64,000 nt of DNA from Camelus ferus (taxonomy: Eukaryota). The position numbers and the translations under genes are program-made. How positions within the stretch are numbered: the first letter of the stretch is position 1; each line of letters opens with the position of its first letter. The stretch is from NCBI RefSeq assembly GCF_009834535.1, contig NC_045710.1, positions 54,870,001-54,934,000 on the forward strand. Direction: 5' to 3'. Shown here piece after piece: positions 57,301-64,000 of this stretch. The notes under the pieces are model-generated. The model did not search any database, was not told the DNA's origin, and saw only the letters and a list, made by a program, of their open reading frames with translations.

Positions 57301-59852
57301 GTAAGACCAGGGGGCTCAGATTCTCCTCACACACCCTGGGTTGGGGCAGTGGGGGAGCCTCTAGTTCTAGGAAGGACTTAGGATACAGGCAGAGACAGGA
57401 TCCTGAGGGGAGAAAGACCTGGGGAAGAAGACCACTGTAGATTCCTCAGGGCTCACGTGCTGGAGACTCTTGTCATGTTGGATCTCACTGAGGGCAAAGG
57501 CTCTTACCTGGTGGGACCCCTCCTGCCCGCAGTCGTCTTGCCTCTGCCTGACACTTGCTGATTGGTCTCAACACTTGAGATTCTGCTCGGATCTGAGGAT
57601 TGTAAACCTGCCACCGCCCCACAACCAAGGACAAGACAGATGAGAGTGGGCTATTTCTTTTTTTGGAGGGGTAGTGGTGGGGTGATTAGATTTATTTATT
57701 ATTTTTTAAAATGGATCGATTTGCTGGGGATCAAACCTAAGACCTTCTGCATGCTAAGCATGCACTCTACCATTTGAGCTATACCCTCCCCACCGAGAGT
57801 GGGCTATTTCTGTCTTTAGCCCCCATATCCCTTCATTTCTCTTTCACTCACACTTCGAAGCTCCAGTCCTGAGTCAATGACATGTCGGATGGAAGGGAGG
57901 GAGAAGGAGAAGTCAGCCAGCCAGTGAGTGACTACCACCTTCCGGGCACCCAAGTCTGTGTCCTGGTACACCGCCTGCACAGCTTGTCCACGGCCTGGGT
58001 GAAGGGGCAGCACCCGTAGTGGGGGCCCTTGGGGAACCAAGGGCCCCACCTCCCTGGACAATGACTCACAGCACAGGGAAATTTCCTGGGGAGACGGGTG
58101 GGGCATTAGCAGTTCTCACCTTTTGGGGTCACAGACCCCTTTGAAAACCTGACGAAAGCTATGGCCCTTCACTCTGAAAAAATGCACATACTCATAGTCG
58201 GGGTGCTATAATTTCAGGAGTTCGTTGAACCACAAACCTCTGTATTGTATGGAATCAAAAACAGATTGGTAGACCTCTTTACCATGAAAACCTGGAGTTT
58301 TTCCTCAGGACCCCTAAGGAGAGTAAATACCACAACTCCAATGTCCCTACCAAGCATCGCTCCAATTCCCCCCGGAATACCTCCTTTTGCATCCCATTTT
58401 TTACCTCCTCACTGGGCAGGTACACTAGCACATCTCCCGGAGCCTCCTTCCGACACAATTCAAGCACAGCTTGGCAGGCAGCTTCCACTCGGTCAGTAGG
58501 GACAGTGTCCCTGTAGACGGGAGTGGGACACCTGCCAGGCTCTCTGGGCACGTGCACAATGGGAGGGTTGCCCCAGAAAGCTTGGAGCTTAGGTTCAAGG
58601 GCTGGGTCAGTAACTACAACCAGTCTGGGGTCCCCTGGAAGGTTTCCAAGCCTGGCATCTCGCAGAAGCCCCTGGAGCAGATCTGAGGCCACTGACCGCT
58701 CCTGAGCCTCATCCAGCACCAGCACGCCCCAGACTCCAGTGCCCCGGGTGGAGGCCAACTCCTGCAGGAGCAGCCTGTCCCAGCAGAACCTGTTGACATT
58801 GGCAGTGGGCAGAGGAGTCCGTGTGGACACTGCCCAGCCCCAGAAGTCCAGAATTCTCCCCAGGGCTTAGATTTTAATAGTGAAGTTCAGTAAAAGACCC
58901 TGTGACTGACTTCTGAGCCCATGGACCCACAACCCCACTGATGACACTGTCCACAAGCTGTACTGCAGTTAGGAGAGTGAGACTTTTTGTGATGGGGGTG
59001 GGGAGGCTGAATGTCTGAATGTCCCCAGCTGGGGTTAAAGGGCTTAATTCAGCAGTTTCAGTATTCCTAATTTAAAGAGTGAGCTGGGCTGAGGGAGGGT
59101 ATGGTGAGATGTCAGAAGACTGGGCTTATTTCTACCCAGTGAGGGGAGTTAGATTTGGGTCAGGCCTGCAGGAGACCACACCTGAGCAGGGTGTCAGGCC
59201 CAGAGCAGTCCTCCTGGGGGATGCTGTATCCAACCTCATGACCCAGGGTCAAGTCCATCTCATCAGCAACTCTCAGGGCCAAGCTCAGGGCTGCCAGAGG
59301 GTAGGGCTGAGTCACAGTTACCCAGCCCTTCCGGAACCCCCTGGCCAGTGCAAACTCTGCACACCACTGTGGGATCTGGGGTAGGGGTAAGGAAGGAAAA
59401 CCAGTCAGTGAGACATAGGGGAAGCTGCAGCCAATTTAATCTCTATTTGGGGAGTCTCCTGGTCCTTCACCAGCTACCCTGGGGCCAGCCTAACCAATCT
59501 CCCTTTGCCCACATTTCCTATTACTTCATGGAGCACCCCTCCCCCCCCCAACTCGTCCAGGGAAGAGCCAGTTCCCCAGCCCCTCCCTTTGTTCACTCCC
59601 AGAATCTCTCCCCACCTGGGTGCTCTTGCCAGAGCCAGGCTCTCCAGACACCAGCACCACTCCACTGGGGCTACTCTCCAACTGCTCCAAGAAGATAAAG
59701 CGAGCAGCCCAGACAGGCAAAGCTCTGCGCTGCTCAAGCAGCTCGTAGTAGCGGGAAGAGAAGGGGAGCCCGTCAAAGGGGTTCACAGCCAGTTCAGACT
59801 CCCCAGGGTTTGGGCCAGACTCTTCTTCCAGCCCGAGAAGCTGAGAGGCCAT
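54301..59852 (-). CDS. DQX1: DEAQ-box RNA-dependent ATPase 1
   Basis: Coding exons 59852-59616 (GEPGSGKST), 59375-59182, 58789-58405 (LVLDEAQER), 58085-57852, 57607-57508, 57402-57244, 57159-56968, 55665-55546, 55372-55182, 54876-54686, 54457-54301. 2160 nt = 719 aa. A probable non-coding exon ends at 60051 (donor G|GTAATAG). Confidence 0.96.
55700..56650 (+). mobile_element. L2 fragment in DQX1 intron
   Basis: CATTAGGCATTGAAGATGAATCAGT...CTCTGCTCTCAAGAAGCACAGAGTCTGGTGGGAGAGAC...GAAGTCCAA...GATTAGGTCTCTAGGAGGTCACTGG. Confidence 0.55.
57659..57794 (-). mobile_element. tRNA-derived SINE in a DQX1 intron with perfect 17-bp TSD
   Basis: TSD GAGAGTGGGCTATTTCT at 57642-57658 and 57795-57811; body homologous to the other three copies. 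Confidence 0.92.
58108..58240 (+). mobile_element. hAT-Charlie-type MER fossil (subfamily uncertain)
   Basis: CAGTTCTCACCTTTTGGGGTCACAGACCCCTTTGAAAACCTGACGAAAGCTATGG is typical of Charlie-family MITE ends. Confidence 0.6.
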
Positions 59853-60740
59853 GGTGGCTATCCAGCAGGACCTATAGAAGGCAGGGCCGCCATCAAGGCT
59901 TCATATTTGGTGACTGACACCATCTTCCCAATCCCTAACCTGTACCCTCAGGTGATAATGCCCTGGGGTCCCTTCTTCCCAGTATTTCTTGTCTGCCGGG
60001 AAACAGTAGTTGAGTCTCCAAGTAAGGGACTATCAAAAGCGGACTATTACCCTGTAGTCAGGTAGTAAAAATCCTGTGACTGACACAGGGGCCCTCAGGG
60101 GCAGCAGAATTTGTATGAGACCTGGTAACCTGTGGAAGGTTTCCAGGGGAAAAGAATAAAGATTAAGAGGAGGAGCGGGGGCAGGAATCCAGGGGCAGGG
60201 CCACAAGAATCCTGGATTCAAACCTGCTTGCAGCTCTGAGATGTTGTCAGGATGGCAGTCAGTTCCAGACCCACCGAGCCAGTCACCACTAACCCTGACC
60301 AGTGTCAAGTACAAAGGTAAATTCCGGTTCCACCCTGGGGCTTGGCTCAAACACAAACTCTATAGACTGGTTTGGGGGTGGGGCCATTTGCTCCGGGTTA
60401 TAGGCTCCAGCCACCACACCCAACACGTGTGAACTCTGTGGACTGTACTCATTACCGAAAGGCATCCTGGGACTTGTAGTTTTGCAGCTGTTTCTTCACA
60501 TACCTTGGCTGAACACCCTAGCTAGGATCCAGTTGCTGCTGGGTCTTCAGTTCAGTTACACCTTCCATATTGCTCATCTCTTGGCATGAGGAGGTGACTG
60601 CAGACAGTTCCATTCTGACCAATCCCACAAATCCACAAGGAGGCCCTGATCCCTGAGCCCCACAACCAGGGGAAAAGGAAACTGCTAGGGGGCTTTTGAG
60701 ACCCAGAGAGGCAGCAGAGACCTTGAATGAAAACCCTGAA

Positions 60741-60746
60741 TTTAAT
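60741..60746 (-). terminator. Probable AUP1 poly(A) signal (ATTAAA)
   Basis: TTTAAT on + strand, about 120 nt beyond the stop. Confidence 0.55.
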
Positions 60747-60867
60747 GTGATATTGGGGGGAGCCCCATGCCTCCCTTTTTACCACCCACCCATCCGGCCT
60801 GTTGTGAGTTGGGTGAGGGCTGCCCCCAGTCTCCGTCCTGCGGCTCTGGGTGCCATCCTGTACTCAG

Positions 60868-63660
60868 TCAGCCTCCTGGGCCTGTCCTCTCTGTGAATCT
60901 CCTGTAGGACATAAGGAAGAAGACATTGAACGGGCTTTGCTGTATTATCTCCACGAAGAGCTCCCTTCTCCAACCTGTCCCTTTCTACCCATCATTCTCC
61001 AAACCCCTCACCTTCTCGCGTACTCATACAGCGCCTGCTTGCGCTCTTGTAGACTCTCCTGCCGGGCCCAGGAGGACTTGGCAAATGTTAGGGCTGTGGG
61101 CTGAGGGGTCGCTGGGCCAGAGCTGGGGAACTGAGGTGATCACAATGTCAGAGGGCTTGCGAAGTCATCATTAAACACCCATCGAATGCCTACTTTGCAA
61201 GAGAGGCACTATGCTAGGGTCTCAGGATCAAAAAAAGAGATGTCAGGGACAGAGAACGTGCAGACTGCCCCATCCCACCCCAAGTCTTGGACCTGACCAT
61301 TTCTGGGGTCTCACCTTGGGGGTGGAGGCTGTGGGAAGGGACTGGGTCTCCTCAGTGACGTCTTCAGGCATGAAAGCTACGGCCCCCTCAAGCAAATTAG
61401 TGATGGTCAAGTCTACACAGCCAGTCCTGGCTGGGGAGAAGGGAAGAGAGGAGAGGAGAGGAGAGTCTGTTTCTTTGTTCACCTTCTCCCTTCACCACCC
61501 ACTTTTCTTCCCTGTGCCTGTCTCCTTGCGTGAGGCCACCCTTCCCCATACCCAGGTCTCTCTGGATGACGCCCAGTGGCACGTGGGGTAAAACCTCCTT
61601 GACTCTCTGAGCCAGAGCTGCCAGCTGCACATCAGGAGAAGGGCCGGGGGAGGGAGGGAAAGAAGACTGGGCTGCAAAAAAGAAATCCGAAATATGGTGA
61701 GTGGAGAACTAGGTGGAAGAAGAGGCTGTCTAGTACAGGAACAGGGAGGAAACCACGACAGGCTGAAAAAATGGCTCTGAAGCTTTGTGTACAGGGACTA
61801 CACACCTGACTGGGGACGCAACCTGGGGTGTCTCTGTCGCTTCATGTGCTCTGCTTTGTCTGCTGGAGTGAGTCGTGTCCCTGTCTGGCCCAATTCTTTG
61901 GCCACCAACTAGGGAGAATTGGAAGATTGGAAGGTTCTCAAGCCTTCGTCTCCTTCCCCCTGAGGGAAGACCCCCGCCTCCATCCTGCATGGGTCCCCTG
62001 TCACCTGTTGTACACGGAGGGCAAACTCCTCATTCCCTTCCCCCAGCTGGCGATGAACAGGACGGAGCCACCTGCAAAAACAATCCAGGACCATGTTGGG
62101 GGTACCCTCTCTCCACTCTGATACCTCTTTTCTTGGAACAGTTGTGGTGACAGTGGGGAGATACTAAATACTTCATATTGCCTCTGTGGTGGGAACTTGA
62201 CATTAAAAGATCTGCAAATGGACAGGGCAGAGACAGCTACTTCCTTGACCTTGAGGTGAGTTTCTCCCAGCCACCAAAAAGTGAGGACAGTTAATACCTT
62301 ACGTGATACATCGTGAAAGGGACGAAAAGTGACCACAGCAGTTCTGAGACCCAGGAGGCATCTGACACCGTCTGAAGGGAGGGCATGAGTGAGGTCTAAG
62401 TCAGGGCCAGGACTGGGAAATGTCCCCTCCAAGCCCAGAGATTCTCTGTCCAGCACACACTCACCACAGAGACTAGGGGTCTCTGGACTCGCAGGGTAAG
62501 AGGCTGTACCACATCCTGGATAGAAAATGGCCAGGAACTAGAAAGGGGAAGAGAGAGTATGGGATTTCAGCCAGCCTAGTCAGCAGCTCATACCTGACTT
62601 TAAACAGAACACTGTCAAACTGGACCGTAGAAAAGTGGGGAATATAGGGATTCAAGGAAAAGAACTAAAAAGGTCATGAGCTAGGAATGGAAGGAGCAGG
62701 GTGGAAAAAGGCTGTGAAAACCCAAGGGCCCCCAAGCCTGACCACCTACCCAGTTTGGAGACAGATACCTGTGCTCACCCACCTGAAGCGCAGGAGCCCC
62801 TCCCGGCCATTGGTGGCCTCTTCTTCGGGGAACAGCAGCAGNNNNNNNNNNNNNNNNNNNNNNNNNNNNNNNNNNNNNNNNNNNNNNNNNNNNNNNNNNN
62901 NNNNNNNNNNNNNNNNNNNNNNNNNNNNNNNNNNNNNNNNNNNNNNNNNNNNNNNNNNNNNNNNNNNNNNNNNNNNNNNNNGAGAGAAAGAAGAAAAGAA
63001 TGTTGTGAAGGGAGAAAAATTGACATATGTTGTAGAAAGGCGGGGTCTGGGGTAAGGGTCGGTATCTTGAGTCCCCAGAGGAAACCTGGACGTGGAGAAG
63101 GGAGCCTTGAGCTGTGCCCCGGGAACCACCCCGCGGCGCTCTCGACTTCGTCCCCAACTCACGGTGCTACAGCTGGTGAGCAGATTGACTATGTTGTGGT
63201 CGAAAGGTGTCACGTGGTTGGAAATGAGGACCCTGACGCGGTGATCCCGGAGTCCAGAGTCCTCCTGCCGGGCCACGAGTCCCAGCACTGCACACATGGT
63301 CCGCACCACGAACCTAGGGATGCAGGCAGCGGTGACTGCGCGGCCTCGGGCCGGGTCCAGCCCTGACCCTCCTCTAGCGCCCGGGTCGGAACCTGCGAAG
63401 AACGCTGTCCGGTAGCGCGCAGCTGACCAGGAAGACGTGGATCCCAAGAAAGAGGCGCAGGACGAGAAGGCAGAACCCTACTGGAGCGTAGAGCAGCAGC
63501 GCGAAGAGTAGGAAGCCGTCACCCGGGAGCCTGCGGGCGAGAGGCGGGGTGATCGCGCGCAGAAGGCCAAGCGGACGCGGGAACTGGTCTCTTCCCGCCG
63601 GGGCTCTTACCGGTGCGAATCAAAGAGCCGCTCCGGCCCCGGCACCGGGGGAGGCTCCAT
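60868..63660 (-). CDS. AUP1: AUP1 lipid droplet regulating VLDL assembly factor (acyltransferase-like, CUE and G2BR domains)
   Basis: Exons 63660-63611, 63530-63393, 63313-63163 (ISNHVTPFD), about 62967-62783 (5' part in N-run), 62537-62465, 62371-62298, 62071-62005, 61908-61806, 61671-61552 (CUE: VKEVLPHVP), 61430-61315, 61130-61012 (G2BR), 60901-60868. The last exon carries an apparent +1 frameshift. Confidence 0.96.
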
Positions 63661-63669
63661 AACTGCTGC

Positions 63670-64000
63670 TTTAGGGCTGTCGGGCTGCAGCCTCCGCCGC
63701 CATCTTCGCTCCCCGTCGCAGGGCCTCCTGGGAAGGCGGAGTCTCTGGGCATCCGCCCAGGGTGCCGGGAGCCGAAACCCTGCTGCGCCCCGGAAGGGCT
63801 AGCGGTCCCAGCATGCCTTGCGGGCCCTTGGGCCACCTCAGAACTCGCGTCCCGCGGGGACCACAATTCCCGGCATTCGCAGGGCGGGGGCGGAGTCGGC
63901 CTCCCGGAATCCTGGGTCCCGGCGTGCACTTCTGGAGACTTCAGGTACCGGCGTGCCCCGCGTCCCGCAGTCCTCCCGCTCGCGTCCAGAGCGCCTCCTC
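63670..64000. promoter_or_regulatory. HTRA2: AUP1/HTRA2 bidirectional CpG-island promoter and HTRA2 5' leader (HTRA2 ATG lies just beyond the window)
   Basis: CpG-rich. YY1-like CCGCCATCTT at 63697-63706, ZNF143/SBS-like ACCACAATTCCCGGCATTC at 63860-63878, GC box. The sequence resembles the recalled human HTRA2 leader, and synteny places HTRA2 head-to-head with AUP1. Confidence 0.75.

Overview
Mammalian genomic DNA, not prokaryotic. The window is a very compact, GC-rich gene cluster colinear with the human 2p13.1 block: INO80B(+), WBP1(+), MOGS(-), MRPL53(-), CCDC142(-), TTC31(+), LBX2(-), PCGF1(-), TLX2(+), DQX1(-), AUP1(-) and the 5' leader of HTRA2(+). I traced the exons by hand from GT-AG boundaries and reading frame. 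The summed CDS lengths match my recalled human lengths closely (e.g. INO80B 356 aa, WBP1 269, MRPL53 112, PCGF1 259). Four young tRNA-Ala-derived SINEs with target-site duplications suggest a camelid (Vic-1-like SINE; inference). Old L1, L2, MIR and MER elements fill the intergenic and intronic space. Six N-runs (128-157 nt) hide parts of MOGS exon 2, TLX2 exon 3 and AUP1 exon 4. I found no wholly new gene system. The best leads are regulatory or lineage-specific: a 1-nt frameshift in the AUP1 last exon, a TTC31 3' end supplied by a MIR, a dual-use WBP1 uORF/alternative N-terminus, a promoter-like module in the TLX2 3'UTR, a candidate LBX2-antisense lncRNA ending at a two-way poly(A) signal, several frame-preserving stop-free introns, a repeat array in TLX2 intron 2, and unusual retrotransposition or repair scars. 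Comparisons with human sequence are from memory and need an alignment.
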